From Alphaproteobacteria bacterium (GTDB lineage: Bacteria > Pseudomonadota > Alphaproteobacteria > Rs-D84), in the NCBI GenBank assembly GCA_033345155.1, contig JAWPOG010000029.1, positions 1-61,632 on the forward strand: a stretch of DNA of 61,632 bases, given 5' to 3'. The position numbers and the translations under genes were made by a program. Positions 44,767 through 56,105 of this stretch are shown here, in pieces; position 1 is the first letter of the stretch, and each line of letters opens with the position of its first letter. The notes beneath the pieces are model-generated. The model saw only the letters and a program-made list of their open reading frames with translations. It had not been told where the DNA came from and did no database searches.

Positions 44767-47700
44767 TTAGATGTCCAGCAACTGCTGCTGAGCATTACCT
44801 TCGCGTGCCAATTTTTCCGCGCGCTGTTCTTCTTTGGCGATTTCGCGAACACGACGCACATAGGCACCTGTGCCGATTGGAATCAAACGACCAACAATCA
44901 AATTCTCGTTGATACCAACTAATTTGTCGGTTGCACCAGAAATCGCTGCGTCCACCAGTACTTTTGTCGTCTGCTGGAACGACGCGTTCGAGATAAATGA
45001 CCGAGATGTCAGAGACGCACGAGTCAAACCAACCAAGACCTGAGAAGCTTCGGCCAGACGACCGCCATCACGTGCTACGCGCGCATTTTCTTCTTCGAAA
45101 TCAACACGATCCACGACTGCCCCCATCAAGAAGCCCGTGTCACCCGGATTTGTGATTTCCACGCGACGCGTCATTTCACGGATTAAGATTTCAATATGCT
45201 TGTCATTGATGGACACACCCTGCAAACGGTAAACCTGCTGAATCTGCTCCACCATAAAGGTCGCCAATGCTTTCTGACCCAAGATGCGCAAAATATCCTG
45301 GGGCACTGGATCGCCATCAATCAATTTTTCAGCCTTTTTCACTGTGTCGCCTGTGCGAACCAACAGGTTTGTACCCTTGGGCACAGCATATTCCACAGGT
45401 GCGCTGCCATCGGTCGGTTCAATACGAATGATGATTTTAGATTTCGAATCCTCTAATTCAACCGTACCGTCAACCTCGGCCAATAATGCTGGATTTGTAG
45501 GACGACGAACCTCAAGCAATTCGTTTACACGTGGCAAACCGCCCGTAATGTCGCCTGTTCGTTTGGCCTGGACAGGGATACGCGCAATAATGTCGCCTGC
45601 CTTGATATTGTCGCCATTGGCAACATTCAAGGTCGAATATACTGGCAACAAATATTCTGCGATTTTTTTGCCCCCCAACGAAATCACTTCACCACGCGCA
45701 TCAACCAATGTGATTGCGGGTTTAAGTGTCTTTTTCGTATTCGTCTTCCAGTTAATAACCTTGCGTGATACGATACCGGTCATAGAGTCGACTTCTTCTT
45801 GGAACGATACATTTTCAACCAAATCACAGAAGTTTACAACACCATCTGTTTCAGCAATGATTGTGTTAGAATACGGATCCCATTCTGCAACCTTGGCACC
45901 CTTTTCAACGCTGTCACCGTCATTGACAATCAGCATAGCCGCATATGGCAAGCCCTGGCTGAACAATTCTTTACCACCTTCGTCAACAACAGCGATTTTG
46001 CCGTTACGCGACAAGACAACAATACGACCTGCGCTGTTCTTAATTGTGCTGACATCAATTAATTTAATGATGCCCGATACAGGAACTTCAATAAAGTGAC
46101 TGTCTGCACCACCAGCAGCAATACCACCAATGTGGAAGGTACGCAAGGTCAACTGGGTTCCAGGTTCACCAATGGACTGCCCCGCCAAAACACCGACCGC
46201 TTCGCCAACATGCACCAGCGCATTGCGTGACAAATCCATACCATAACATTTCGCACACAAACCATCACTGCAACATGTCAGAACACTGCGGACACGGACA
46301 GATGGCAATCCAGATTCGTTAATCTTTTTCGCCGCCGCCTTGGTGATAAATTCGCCCGCAGGAACGATAATTTCGTTGTTGTTGGACGGATCTTTGATAT
46401 CTTCGGCTGCAGTGCGCCCCAGAACAACATCGCCCAATGGAACTGACAAAGTAGAACCGGTATAAACAGGCTTGGCCTCAATCGATTCAGTCGTACCACA
46501 ATCGTGTTCTGTGATAACCGTATTTTGTGCCAATTCAACCAAACGACGGGTCAAATAACCAGCGTCAGCCGTTTTCAACGCCGTATCCGACATACCTTTA
46601 CGCGCACCGTGGGTGGATGTAAAGTATTCAGACATGGTCAGACCTTCTTTAAAGTTCGAAATAATTGGAACTTCGATAATCGAACCGTCTGGTTTCTGCA
46701 TCATACCACGCATACCCGCCAACTGCTGAATCTGACGTTTGGAACCACGGGCACCAGACAACGCCATCATATAGACAGAATTCCAATTGTCACCGGTTGT
46801 TTTACCCAGCGCAGCATATGCCATATCACCCAATTTGTCGGTTGTTTTCTGCCACAAGTCAATCAATTTATTGTGACGTTCGCCACCAGACAGCAAACCG
46901 TTCTGGTACTGTTCTTCGATTTCTTCGGCGGCTTTTTCAGACTGGGCAATAATATTTTTCTTTTCTGCTGGAATGACGATGTCGTCATAACCGATGGAAA
47001 TACCACTGCGTGCAGCCTGTTCAAAGCCTGTATTTTTCAAGGCGTCCGCCAATAAAATCATCGCTTTGTCACCACAACGTTCGTATGTTGTTGCCAACAA
47101 TGCTTTGATTTCTTTTACAGGCATAACTTTGTTCACCAAATCAAATGGCATGTTGTCAGATTTCGGCAATAATTCACCCAAAATCATGCGACCAGCCGTT
47201 GTTTTGTATGTTTTGCCGTTGATGCGCGCGATAATTGGTGTGTGCAATGTGATTGCCTTGTTTCCCAGCGCCATCTTGACTTCGTCCATATTGGCAAAAC
47301 GTGGTGATTTTTCGTCATGTTCGCCATTAATCAGCGAGATATAGTACACACCCAACACCATGTCCTGGGACGGCACAATCATTGGCGCGCCGTTGGCCGG
47401 AGACAACACGTTATTTGATGATAACATCAATGTGCGGGCTTCTAATTGGGCCTCCAGGGAAATTGGAACGTGAACAGACATCTGGTCTCCGTCAAAGTCA
47501 GCGTTAAATCCAGAACAGACCAACGGATGCAGACGAATTGCCTTGCCTTCTATCAACACTGGTTCAAATGCCAACAAAGACAGACGGTGCAAGGTTGGAG
47601 CACGGTTCAACAGAACAGGATGTTCATGGATAACCTTTTCCAGCATTTCCCATACGATATCTTCGCCATTTTCAACCATTTTACGGGCTGTTTTTAATGT

Positions 47701-48879
47701 ATTCGCATAATCACCCGCAAGCAGTCGTGAATAAACAAACGGTTTGAACAATTCTAATGCCATCGTTTTTGGTAAGCCAACCTGGTGCAGTTTCAATGTT
47801 GGCCCAGATACGATAACCGAACGACCCGAATAATCCACACGTTTACCCAACATGTTCATACGGAAACGACCCGATTTACCACGCAAAGAATCAGACAAAG
47901 ATTTCAATGGACGACGGTTCTGAGACACCATTGGACGCGCCTTGTGCCCGTTGTCGAACAAGGAATCAACCGCTTCTTGCAACATACGTTTTTCATTGCG
48001 GATAATAATATCTGGGGCGTGCATTTCCATAAAACGTTTCAGACGATTGTTACGAATAATCACACGACGATACAAATCATTCAAATCAGATGCCGCAACA
48101 TGACCCGCATCCAGGGTCACCAATGGACGCATATCTGGTGGAATAACAGGAATGATATCCGGCATCATCCATGCAGGTTCGGTCTTGGAATCCAAGAATG
48201 CTTCGACCAGTTTCAATTGTTTGATAATAGATTTGCGTTTGGATTCGGATTTTGTGTCGACCAATTCAGCACGCAGACGTGTGCGTTCGTCGCCCATGTC
48301 CAAGCCAGCGATGATTTCACGTACGCCTTCGGCACCAATACCAACGCGGAATGCATCCGCACCAAATTCTTCGACCGCAGATTGATATTCGTCTTCGCTG
48401 ATAACATCGTACAGTTTCAGATTTGTTAAACCTGGCTCAATTACAATATAGGCATCGTATGAAATAACCTGTTCCAGTTTCTTTTGTGGCAGGTTATTCA
48501 ACAATGTCGCAATCTTGCCTTCGCGCAGGAACCATGTGTGTGTAACAGGCATCGCCAATTTAATATGCCCCATGCGTTCGCGACGAACGGACGAGGAACC
48601 AACCTCGACCCCGCAGCGTTCACAGACAATACCACGGAACTTGATGCGCTTGTACTTGCCACAGGCACATTCGTAATCCTTGACAGGACCGAAAATCTGC
48701 TGACAGAACAAACCTTCTGCTTCTGGCTTCATGGAATGATAGTTAATGGTTTCTGGTTTTTTAACCTCGCCATGGGACCAGGACAGAATTTCTTCGGGGG
48801 ATGCAATTGTAATGCGCAGGGCATCAAATTGTTCCTTGGTTTCAATTTGTCCAAATATCTTTTGCAACATATTGCTCAT
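44767..48879 (-). CDS. rpoC: DNA-directed RNA polymerase subunit beta prime
   Basis: NADFDGDQMSVHVP catalytic motif. Full-length, 1370 aa. Confidence 0.95.
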   Translation of the reverse strand: MSNMLQKIFGQIETKEQFDALRITIASPEEILSWSHGEVKKPETINYHSMKPEAEGLFCQQIFGPVKDYECACGKYKRIKFRGIVCERCGVEVGSSSVRRERMGHIKLAMPVTHTWFLREGKIATLLNNLPQKKLEQVISYDAYIVIEPGLTNLKLYDVISEDEYQSAVEEFGADAFRVGIGAEGVREIIAGLDMGDERTRLRAELVDTKSESKRKSIIKQLKLVEAFLDSKTEPAWMMPDIIPVIPPDMRPLVTLDAGHVAASDLNDLYRRVIIRNNRLKRFMEMHAPDIIIRNEKRMLQEAVDSLFDNGHKARPMVSQNRRPLKSLSDSLRGKSGRFRMNMLGKRVDYSGRSVIVSGPTLKLHQVGLPKTMALELFKPFVYSRLLAGDYANTLKTARKMVENGEDIVWEMLEKVIHEHPVLLNRAPTLHRLSLLAFEPVLIEGKAIRLHPLVCSGFNADFDGDQMSVHVPISLEAQLEARTLMLSSNNVLSPANGAPMIVPSQDMVLGVYYISLINGEHDEKSPRFANMDEVKMALGNKAITLHTPIIARINGKTYKTTAGRMILGELLPKSDNMPFDLVNKVMPVKEIKALLATTYERCGDKAMILLADALKNTGFEQAARSGISIGYDDIVIPAEKKNIIAQSEKAAEEIEEQYQNGLLSGGERHNKLIDLWQKTTDKLGDMAYAALGKTTGDNWNSVYMMALSGARGSKRQIQQLAGMRGMMQKPDGSIIEVPIISNFKEGLTMSEYFTSTHGARKGMSDTALKTADAGYLTRRLVELAQNTVITEHDCGTTESIEAKPVYTGSTLSVPLGDVVLGRTAAEDIKDPSNNNEIIVPAGEFITKAAAKKINESGLPSVRVRSVLTCCSDGLCAKCYGMDLSRNALVHVGEAVGVLAGQSIGEPGTQLTLRTFHIGGIAAGGADSHFIEVPVSGIIKLIDVSTIKNSAGRIVVLSRNGKIAVVDEGGKELFSQGLPYAAMLIVNDGDSVEKGAKVAEWDPYSNTIIAETDGVVNFCDLVENVSFQEEVDSMTGIVSRKVINWKTNTKKTLKPAITLVDARGEVISLGGKKIAEYLLPVYSTLNVANGDNIKAGDIIARIPVQAKRTGDITGGLPRVNELLEVRRPTNPALLAEVDGTVELEDSKSKIIIRIEPTDGSAPVEYAVPKGTNLLVRTGDTVKKAEKLIDGDPVPQDILRILGQKALATFMVEQIQQVYRLQGVSINDKHIEILIREMTRRVEITNPGDTGFLMGAVVDRVDFEEENARVARDGGRLAEASQVLVGLTRASLTSRSFISNASFQQTTKVLVDAAISGATDKLVGINENLIVGRLIPIGTGAYVRRVREIAKEEQRAEKLAREGNAQQQLLDI

Positions 48880-48907
48880 TATATTTTGCTCCTTGATAAA
48901 ATAGTTC

Positions 48908-48968
48908 TTAGTTGTTAGTGGCGAGTGGTTAGGGTGTGGGTGCCCCCCACACCAATGCTAACAACTAA
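48908..48968. repeat. Nested inverted repeat in the rpoB-rpoC spacer
   Basis: Outer arms ttagttgttag (48908-48918) and ctaacaactaa (48958-48968). Inner hairpin ggtgtggg-tgccc-cccacacc. It contains the GTGGTTAG motif also seen at 61.3-61.5 kb. Confidence 0.65.
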
Positions 48969-51900
48969 TCTACTTTCTTTGGTGTCATCATCAGCCCCAA
49001 CCCACGCAATTCGCGTACAAATACGTTGAATGCTTCGGGGGTGCTGGTTTGAATATCGTCACTGCCAGAGATGATGGATTCATACATCTTGTTACGGCCA
49101 GCGATATCGTCTGATTTTACCGTCAACATTTCGCGCAACAGGTGGGCGGCACCGTGGGCTTCCAGTGCCCACACCTCCATTTCACCCAAACGTTGACCAC
49201 CCATGTGGGCTTTACCCGACAATGGCTGTTGTGTGACCAACGAATAGTTACCAATTGAACGCGCGTGAATCTTCTCGTCAACAAAGTGATGCAGTTTCAA
49301 CATGTACATAACACCAACAGTCACCGGACGGGCAAATTTTTCACCTGTCATACCGTCATACAAGTCAAATTGACCTGTTTCTGGCAAACCTGCCAATTGC
49401 AACATGGCACGAATGTCTTCGGGTGTAGCACCGTCAAATGTTGGTGTCGCCATTGGAACGCCGTCACGCAACAAGGCCGCCTGGGCACGAACATCTGTGT
49501 CTGTCATTTTTTCCAGTTTATCCGCAACTTCTTTGCCGTAAACCTTGCCCATGATGCTGCGCAAATCGTCTGTGACCGCACGTTTGGCACGAACTTCATC
49601 CAAAACCTTGCCAATCTGGGCCCCCAATGTGCGAGCCGCCATACCAAGGTGAGTTTCCAAAATCTGGCCAATGTTCATACGAGATGGCACACCCAACGGA
49701 TTCAACACAATGTCAACAGGTGTCCCGTCGGCCAAGTGTGGCATATCTTCGACAGGGACAACTTTGGATACAATACCCTTGTTCCCGTGGCGCCCTGCCA
49801 TTTTGTCCCCCGGTTGCAATTTCATTTTATGCGCGATGTAAACTTTTACTTCTTTTAATACACCTGCATTCAAAGAATTGCTCTCGGTTGCCTTGGCAAC
49901 TTCGGCATCAGCCTTGTCGTTCAACTTTTTCAGTTTGACGGTATGCTGTTCAAGCAATTCGTCAATCTTACCTTGCGCTTCTTTGTTTTTAACAACCAGC
50001 TTCTTAACATCTGCCGCACGGATGCCTTCGAATACCTCGCTGGTCAGTTTTTTGCCTATGAATGGTTTCAAACTGCCACCGCCTGCTTCGATAACCATAT
50101 TTTCCGCAATCTGGAACACCTGATCAGCAAAGCCTTTTTCGATAATAGCAACCTCTTCTTCGCGGTCTTTGTTAATCTTTTCGATTTTTTGCAGTTCAAT
50201 CATCTGGGTGCGTTCGTCTTTCTTGACACCATGACGGGTCAAAACATTCACACCGATAACTGTACCTTCTTCGTTTGGACCAACACGCAAAGATGTATCT
50301 TTGACATTTAAAGCCTTTTCACCAAAGATGTTGCGCAACAACGCCTCTTCTGGGGTCAATAAGGTTTCAGATTTTGGTGTCACACGACCAACCAAAATGT
50401 CACCCTGTTTTACACGTGCACCAACATAGATGATACCAGATTCGTCCAGGTTCTTTAACGCTTCTTCGCCAACATTCGGGATATCTCGGGTCAAGGATTC
50501 TGGGCCCAATTGGGTATCGCGAACCTTGAATTCCTTTTCAACGATTTTTACAGATGTAAACACATCGTCGCGTGAAATCTTTTCAGAAATCACAATAGCG
50601 TCTTCATAGTTGTATCCACGCCATGGCATAAACGCAATCAAAACATTGCGACCCAACGCCAATTCACCATAGTTCATAGAAGAACCGTCGGCAATAATGT
50701 CGCCCGCAGAAATACGGTCGCCTACTTTCACCAATGGTTTTTGGTGAATGATGGTTTCACTGTTGGAACGTTCGAATTTTTCCAGGTTATAAATATCTAC
50801 ACCTGTCACAACGTTGCGACTGTTCATACACTTTACCACGATACGGTTTGCATCAACAGATTCAACGATACCACTGTGCTTTGCAACCTTGCCAGTGCGA
50901 GAGTCACGCGCCACTTCGCGTTCAATGCCGGTACCAACCAATGGTGCCTGAACACGCAACAGTGGAACCGCCTGACGCTGCATGTTTGAACCCATCAAAG
51001 CACGGTTCGCGTCGTCATTTTCAACGAACGGGATCAGACCTGTCGCAATTGATACCACCTGACGCGGTTCAACGTCCATCAAGTCAATTTCTTCTTTGGC
51101 AACCATGGTAAATTCACCATCAACGCGCGCCGTTACTGTATCTTCGGCCAGGACACCGTCTTTGGTTGTTGGGGTATTACCCTGGGCGATTTTATGACCC
51201 AATTCTTCGTCCGCTGTCAGATAGACCATTTTGTCTGTAATTTTACCATTTTCAACAACATAGTATGGTGTTTCAATAAACCCATATGGATTTACACGCG
51301 CATATGATGACAAATGGTTAATCAAACCAATATTTGCACCTTCGGGTGTATGAATTGGACACAGACGACCATAGTGCGTTGGATGAACGTCGCGGACATC
51401 GATGCCGGCGCGATCACGATTCAAACCACCAGGTCCCAAGGCCGAAATACGACGCTTGTGTTCCAGTTCAGACAATGGATTGTATGCGTCCATAAACTGA
51501 GACAACTGGGATGTACCCAAGAATTCAGACACCAAAGACATCAATGGTTTTACATTGATAACATCCTGGGGTTGCATATTGGCAATATTTGGACTGGATA
51601 ATGCCTCGCGCACCAGACGTTCAATACGAACCATACCTGTGCGGAAATTCTGTTCCAGCAATTCACCAACTGTGCGAACACGACGATTTGACAAATTGTC
51701 AATGTCATCAACTGTGTCTTTGCGGTCAATGATATTTGTTAATGTTTTCAGTACCGCCAGGAAGTCTCCCTTGGTCAACAGACGTTCGTCTTCTGGCTTT
51801 TTACCAGAATCAATTTTCAAACGTTTGTTCATCTTGAAACGACCAACCGCAGACAAATCATAGTACGCAGGTTCAAAACCCTGGCGCATGAACAGATTTA

Positions 51901-53098
51901 TCGCAGCTTCCAGCGTTGGACGTTCGCCCGGACGGATGATGTTATAGATTTCAATCAATGCTTCTTCGCGATTTGTTGTTTTATCCGCCAACAATGTATT
52001 GCGCATATGTGCGCTGATTGTGGCATTATCAACAGAAATCAGGCTGATTTCTTTGATGTTCATTTTGTCCAAATCGTTCAAAACTTCTTCGGTGATTTCT
52101 GTGCCGGATGGGAATACAACCCCGTCACCAGACATGACTGGGTCAAACAGATATTCGCCAATCAAAGATTCTGGCATAATGCCGAATTCCTTGGATTCCA
52201 GCAATTTTTTCATACGTTTGCCATTCAAACGATCACCCTTGCTTGCCATAACCTTTTTATCTTTTGGGCTAATCAGGTCATAGTTCAAACGATATTTATC
52301 CAGACCATCAAAGTCAGACGTGACGCCTGTCCACAACTTACCATCAAATTTTAATCCAATGCGGTTATAGAATGTCCCCAGAATTTCTGTGTCGGACATA
52401 CCACGAATTGTTGGTTTACGGGGGTCCGCAATCCATTTCTTTTCGTCTTCGGCCGCTGGCAGACAACGCAACAGAACAGTTGCAGGAACCTTGCGGCGGC
52501 GGTCGATGCGAACATAGATGACACCCTTGGATTCTTCAAAGTCAATCCAGGAACCGTGTTCTGGGATGATACGCGCTGTGTATGTGATTGGATTACCCGC
52601 AACCTTGGATTCTTTGGTTGTTGCAAACACAACACCCTGGGCGCGATGCATCTGGGACACAATAACACGTTCAACCCCCGATGCGATAAAACTGCCGCGT
52701 TCAGTCATCAACGGCACTTCGCCCATAAATATTTCTTGTTCTTTGATATCACGCAGGTTTTTTTTACCATCATCTGCGACATCCCATAAAATCAATCTCA
52801 GCTTCAATCTTAACTTGCTGGAATATGTCATATTGCGCAACATGCATTCTTTCACATTATACACAGGTTCGTCCAATGTATATTCAATAAATTCCAGGTC
52901 GGCAATGCCGGCATAGTCTTTGATTGGGAACATGGATGAGAATACATTTTGCAGCCCCATGTTTTTACGTGATTCAGGGGCGACATCCTTTTGCAAGAAG
53001 TCTTTGTACGAATTATATTGGATTTCTACTAAATCAGGAAGCGGAGTTTGCAAAAAACTTTTACCAAAAGATTTTCTTAGTTTCTGGATAACTGCCAT
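48965..53098 (-). CDS. rpoB: DNA-directed RNA polymerase subunit beta
   Basis: Start at MAVIQKLRKSFGK. GRHGNKGIVSKV and other conserved beta-subunit blocks. Confidence 0.95.
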   Translation of the reverse strand: MAVIQKLRKSFGKSFLQTPLPDLVEIQYNSYKDFLQKDVAPESRKNMGLQNVFSSMFPIKDYAGIADLEFIEYTLDEPVYNVKECMLRNMTYSSKLRLKLRLILWDVADDGKKNLRDIKEQEIFMGEVPLMTERGSFIASGVERVIVSQMHRAQGVVFATTKESKVAGNPITYTARIIPEHGSWIDFEESKGVIYVRIDRRRKVPATVLLRCLPAAEDEKKWIADPRKPTIRGMSDTEILGTFYNRIGLKFDGKLWTGVTSDFDGLDKYRLNYDLISPKDKKVMASKGDRLNGKRMKKLLESKEFGIMPESLIGEYLFDPVMSGDGVVFPSGTEITEEVLNDLDKMNIKEISLISVDNATISAHMRNTLLADKTTNREEALIEIYNIIRPGERPTLEAAINLFMRQGFEPAYYDLSAVGRFKMNKRLKIDSGKKPEDERLLTKGDFLAVLKTLTNIIDRKDTVDDIDNLSNRRVRTVGELLEQNFRTGMVRIERLVREALSSPNIANMQPQDVINVKPLMSLVSEFLGTSQLSQFMDAYNPLSELEHKRRISALGPGGLNRDRAGIDVRDVHPTHYGRLCPIHTPEGANIGLINHLSSYARVNPYGFIETPYYVVENGKITDKMVYLTADEELGHKIAQGNTPTTKDGVLAEDTVTARVDGEFTMVAKEEIDLMDVEPRQVVSIATGLIPFVENDDANRALMGSNMQRQAVPLLRVQAPLVGTGIEREVARDSRTGKVAKHSGIVESVDANRIVVKCMNSRNVVTGVDIYNLEKFERSNSETIIHQKPLVKVGDRISAGDIIADGSSMNYGELALGRNVLIAFMPWRGYNYEDAIVISEKISRDDVFTSVKIVEKEFKVRDTQLGPESLTRDIPNVGEEALKNLDESGIIYVGARVKQGDILVGRVTPKSETLLTPEEALLRNIFGEKALNVKDTSLRVGPNEEGTVIGVNVLTRHGVKKDERTQMIELQKIEKINKDREEEVAIIEKGFADQVFQIAENMVIEAGGGSLKPFIGKKLTSEVFEGIRAADVKKLVVKNKEAQGKIDELLEQHTVKLKKLNDKADAEVAKATESNSLNAGVLKEVKVYIAHKMKLQPGDKMAGRHGNKGIVSKVVPVEDMPHLADGTPVDIVLNPLGVPSRMNIGQILETHLGMAARTLGAQIGKVLDEVRAKRAVTDDLRSIMGKVYGKEVADKLEKMTDTDVRAQAALLRDGVPMATPTFDGATPEDIRAMLQLAGLPETGQFDLYDGMTGEKFARPVTVGVMYMLKLHHFVDEKIHARSIGNYSLVTQQPLSGKAHMGGQRLGEMEVWALEAHGAAHLLREMLTVKSDDIAGRNKMYESIISGSDDIQTSTPEAFNVFVRELRGLGLMMTPKKVD

Positions 53099-53270
53099 CG
53101 GTTTTAATCCTTTTTTTTTGTGCGTTTTGCAAACGATTGCGACATCTGTATGTCGCGGTTTTTTGTATTTTACGCCTTTGTGCCCGTATGGGATTTTCAT
53201 CCCACACGGGCGGCGTTTTGTCACATTTTTATATGACTTGTAATAAGAACCATCGGTTCAATCGGTCGAA

Positions 53271-53636
53271 TTATTTCAATTCAACTTTTGCACCAGCGGC
53301 TTCTAATGCAGCCTTCAATTTTTCGGCTTCATCTTTTGCCATGGCTTCTTTTACTGTCTTTGGAGCAGAATCAACCAATGCTTTTGCTTCTGTCAAGCCC
53401 AAGCCTGTGGCTTCTTTCACTGCCTTGATAACAGCCAATTTGTTTGCGCCAACTTCTGCCAAGATAACGTCAAATTCTGACTTTTCTTCGGCGGCAGCCG
53501 CAACTGGGCCAGCAGCAACTGCAACTGCTGCAGCCGCGCTAACGCCCCATGTTTCTTCCAATGCTTTGGACAATTCAACTGCTTCCAAAACACTCAATTT
53601 TGACAATTCTTCAACTAATTTCTGAATGTCTGCCAT
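53271..53636 (-). CDS. rplL: 50S ribosomal protein L7/L12
   Basis: [36 protein letters not shown]...[16 protein letters not shown]. Confidence 0.9.
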   Translation of the reverse strand: MADIQKLVEELSKLSVLEAVELSKALEETWGVSAAAAVAVAAGPVAAAAEEKSEFDVILAEVGANKLAVIKAVKEATGLGLTEAKALVDSAPKTVKEAMAKDEAEKLKAALEAAGAKVELK

Positions 53637-53684
53637 TTTTTTACTCCTAATTTTTGTTTTAGGTCAGAATAAAATATTCTGATT

Positions 53685-54164
53685 TTATTGTTCTTTTTTT
53701 CCATACTCTGCCGAAACACGGGCCAAGCGCGATGCAGGTTCGACCAAAATACGCGCGATAGTGCCACGGATTTCCAACAGGGAAGGAAGCTTGGATAATT
53801 GCATAACGCCGTCTGTGTCCAGAACGCCCGCATCCATTTTACCACCGACAATTGTCAAATTTGGGTGTTCACCCGCAAATTTTGCCAATACTTTGGTGAC
53901 CGCCAAACCGTCTGTTGCAACAGCAACCGCAGTTGGACGTTTCAACATGTCAGATACAGGTTCGAAATCGGTGTCTTTTAACGCCAATTTCATCAAACGG
54001 TTTTTGACAACTTTGAACAAAGAAACCACCGGACGCAATTCATTACGCAGGGCTTCGAATTCTTTTACTGTCAAACCATGGTTTTCAATGATGAAAACAC
54101 CGTTTGCGTCTTTCAGGGACGACTGCAACGCTGAAATCAAATCTGATTTTTCTTCGCGTCTCAT
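53685..54164 (-). CDS. rplJ: 50S ribosomal protein L10
   Basis: Position between rplA and rplL. MRREEKSDLISALQSSLKDANGVFIIENHGLTVKEFEALR. Confidence 0.9.
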   Translation of the reverse strand: MRREEKSDLISALQSSLKDANGVFIIENHGLTVKEFEALRNELRPVVSLFKVVKNRLMKLALKDTDFEPVSDMLKRPTAVAVATDGLAVTKVLAKFAGEHPNLTIVGGKMDAGVLDTDGVMQLSKLPSLLEIRGTIARILVEPASRLARVSAEYGKKEQ

Positions 54165-54340
54165 CTATTTTTCCTTCAAGCTTCTGTTTTTGTTAACTTT
54201 CCATCCGAGTTTCCCCGGGATGGGGCTTCGTTCCTGCCCCAAAGAATTTTTTCTTTGTCTATGATGGAAATTAAGTGTCGCCACACCATCAGTCACGGAC
54301 AGAAATCTGTTTGTGCGACGGGAATTCCCGTCGCAACGAA

Positions 54341-55015
54341 TTATTTTGCTTCGACTCTCAGACCTGGGCCCTGGGTTGTCGCAACGGACACGCCCAAGAT
54401 ATACTGCCCCTTGGCAGCAGCAGGTTTAACCTTTTTCAATTGCTCAATCAAAGCATTCGCATTTTCAACCAATTTGTCGGTTGCAAATGACATTTTGCCA
54501 ATACCAGCGTGGATGATACCTTTCTTTTCAGCACGATATTCAATTTGGCCCGCTTTGGCGGTCGCAACCGCTTCGGCAACATTGTTCGTAACCGTACCCA
54601 ATTTTGGATTTGGCATTAAACCCTTTGGCCCCAATACACGTGCGATTTTTGACATTTTTGGCATCATGTCTGGTGTCGCAATTACACGATCAAAGTTGAT
54701 ATTACCGGCTGCAACTGAATCAATCAATTCTGTACCACCAACAACATCTGCACCAGCCTTTTTCGCTTCGTCCGTTGCATTTTCTGTGAACACAGCAACG
54801 CGTACGGATTTACCTGTACCGTTTGGCAAGGACAACATGCCACGAATGTTCTGGTCGGCTTTGGTCACATCAATACCCAAACGAACCGCAATTTCTAATG
54901 TTTCATCAAATTTCTTGGATGTATATTCACGCAAAGCATCAATCGCTTCGGCCAAGGAATACACTTTGTCTGTATCCAAATTTTTCCAAGTTTGCTGTCT
55001 TTTTGTCAGTTTCAT
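54341..55015 (-). CDS. rplA: 50S ribosomal protein L1
   Basis: FDETLEIAVRLGID...GTGKSVRVAVF...KAGQIEYRAEKKGIIHAGIGK. Confidence 0.9.
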   Translation of the reverse strand: MKLTKRQQTWKNLDTDKVYSLAEAIDALREYTSKKFDETLEIAVRLGIDVTKADQNIRGMLSLPNGTGKSVRVAVFTENATDEAKKAGADVVGGTELIDSVAAGNINFDRVIATPDMMPKMSKIARVLGPKGLMPNPKLGTVTNNVAEAVATAKAGQIEYRAEKKGIIHAGIGKMSFATDKLVENANALIEQLKKVKPAAAKGQYILGVSVATTQGPGLRVEAK

Positions 55016-55019
55016 GATA

Positions 55020-55451
55020 TTACTCCTCTACCTTTACGCCCATAGAACGACACTGACCCGCAACGATATTCATAGCAGATTCAATGGAGGAGCAATTCAA
55101 ATCTGGCATTTTTGCTTCGGCAATTTCTTTGATTTGCGCCTGAGACAATGTGCCAACAAATTCACGACCAGGTTTATGGGAACCGATTTTCAGTTTTAAC
55201 GCTTTTTTGATATAATATGACACAGGTGGCAATTTCATAATAAATTCAAAACTGCGATCTGTATAAACAGTGATGATACATGGAATTGGCATTCCAGGTT
55301 CTTTGTCAGCTGTTCTGTCGTTAAACTGTTTGCAGAATTCCGCGATGTTCACACCATTGGCACCCAAGATTGGCCCAACCGGTGGCGCAGGATTCGCCTG
55401 TTTTGCAGGGACGACCAATTTGACCAATCCCTTGACTTCTTTCTTTGCCAT
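55020..55451 (-). CDS. rplK: 50S ribosomal protein L11
   Basis: [34 protein letters not shown]. Confidence 0.9.
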   Translation of the reverse strand: MAKKEVKGLVKLVVPAKQANPAPPVGPILGANGVNIAEFCKQFNDRTADKEPGMPIPCIITVYTDRSFEFIMKLPPVSYYIKKALKLKIGSHKPGREFVGTLSQAQIKEIAEAKMPDLNCSSIESAMNIVAGQCRSMGVKVEE

Positions 55452-55552
55452 TTTTCACTCCGTTTTTTTTCGTTTGTGTTGTGGTACGATATGGCGTATC
55501 TACCACGGCCCCTGTGATTTTACCGAATAATTTTCAGAAAACCACAAAAAAC

Positions 55553-56086
55553 TTATACTCGTTCGACCTGACTAAATTCCAGCTCCATACTGGTTTCACG
55601 ACCAAACACCAGAACAGTCACAGTCATTTTTTGTTTTACATTGTCAACCTCGGACGCGATGCCGTTAAAGCCAGTAAATGGCCCATCAACAACATGCACT
55701 TCTTGCCCTACTTCGTATTTTACATCCTCGGCAACAATTGCACCTTCTTCAACCTGTTTCATAAGACGGTGAGCCTCGGCCTCGCTGACGGCGATAGGTT
55801 TGTTTTTCGCCCCCAAGAACATTACAACCTGGGGAATCTGCTTTACCAATGTAAATGTTTCATTGTTCATAATCATCTGAACAACTATATACCCCGGAAA
55901 GAACTTGCGTTCTGCCTTGACGCGTTTGCCCGCCTTGATTTCTGTAACTTCGCGCGTTGGAACCATAATTTCACCAAACAACGCATTCAAACGACGTTTA
56001 TCAATTTGTTCGCGCAAGCCGCGTGCAACTTTATCTTCGCACCCGGTATGAACATTCACGACGAACCACTGCATTTTTTCATCCAT
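55553..56086 (-). CDS. nusG: Transcription termination/antitermination factor NusG
   Basis: MQWFVVNVHTGCEDKV NGN domain and KOW motif VGQEVHVVDGPFTGFNGIASEV. Start at MDEKMQW with an AAGGA Shine-Dalgarno. Confidence 0.9.
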   Translation of the reverse strand: MDEKMQWFVVNVHTGCEDKVARGLREQIDKRRLNALFGEIMVPTREVTEIKAGKRVKAERKFFPGYIVVQMIMNNETFTLVKQIPQVVMFLGAKNKPIAVSEAEAHRLMKQVEEGAIVAEDVKYEVGQEVHVVDGPFTGFNGIASEVDNVKQKMTVTVLVFGRETSMELEFSQVERV

Positions 56087-56105
56087 TCCTGTGTCCTTTG
56101 CCTGA

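Noticed and set aside
45284-46099. 271-aa plus-strand ORF, and several others (46504-47055, 47785-48429, 49265-49858, 50741-51863), inside rpoC and rpoB
   Set aside because: They are antisense shadows within highly conserved RNA polymerase genes, with low-complexity or odd composition and no start context.
54315-54334. Perfect palindrome gcgacgggaattcccgtcgc after rplA, as a terminator
   Set aside because: No U-run follows on the transcribed (minus) strand. It is more likely part of the rplJ (L10) leader or an operator-like structure. I could not verify the L10 leader fold by hand, so it is not called as a feature.
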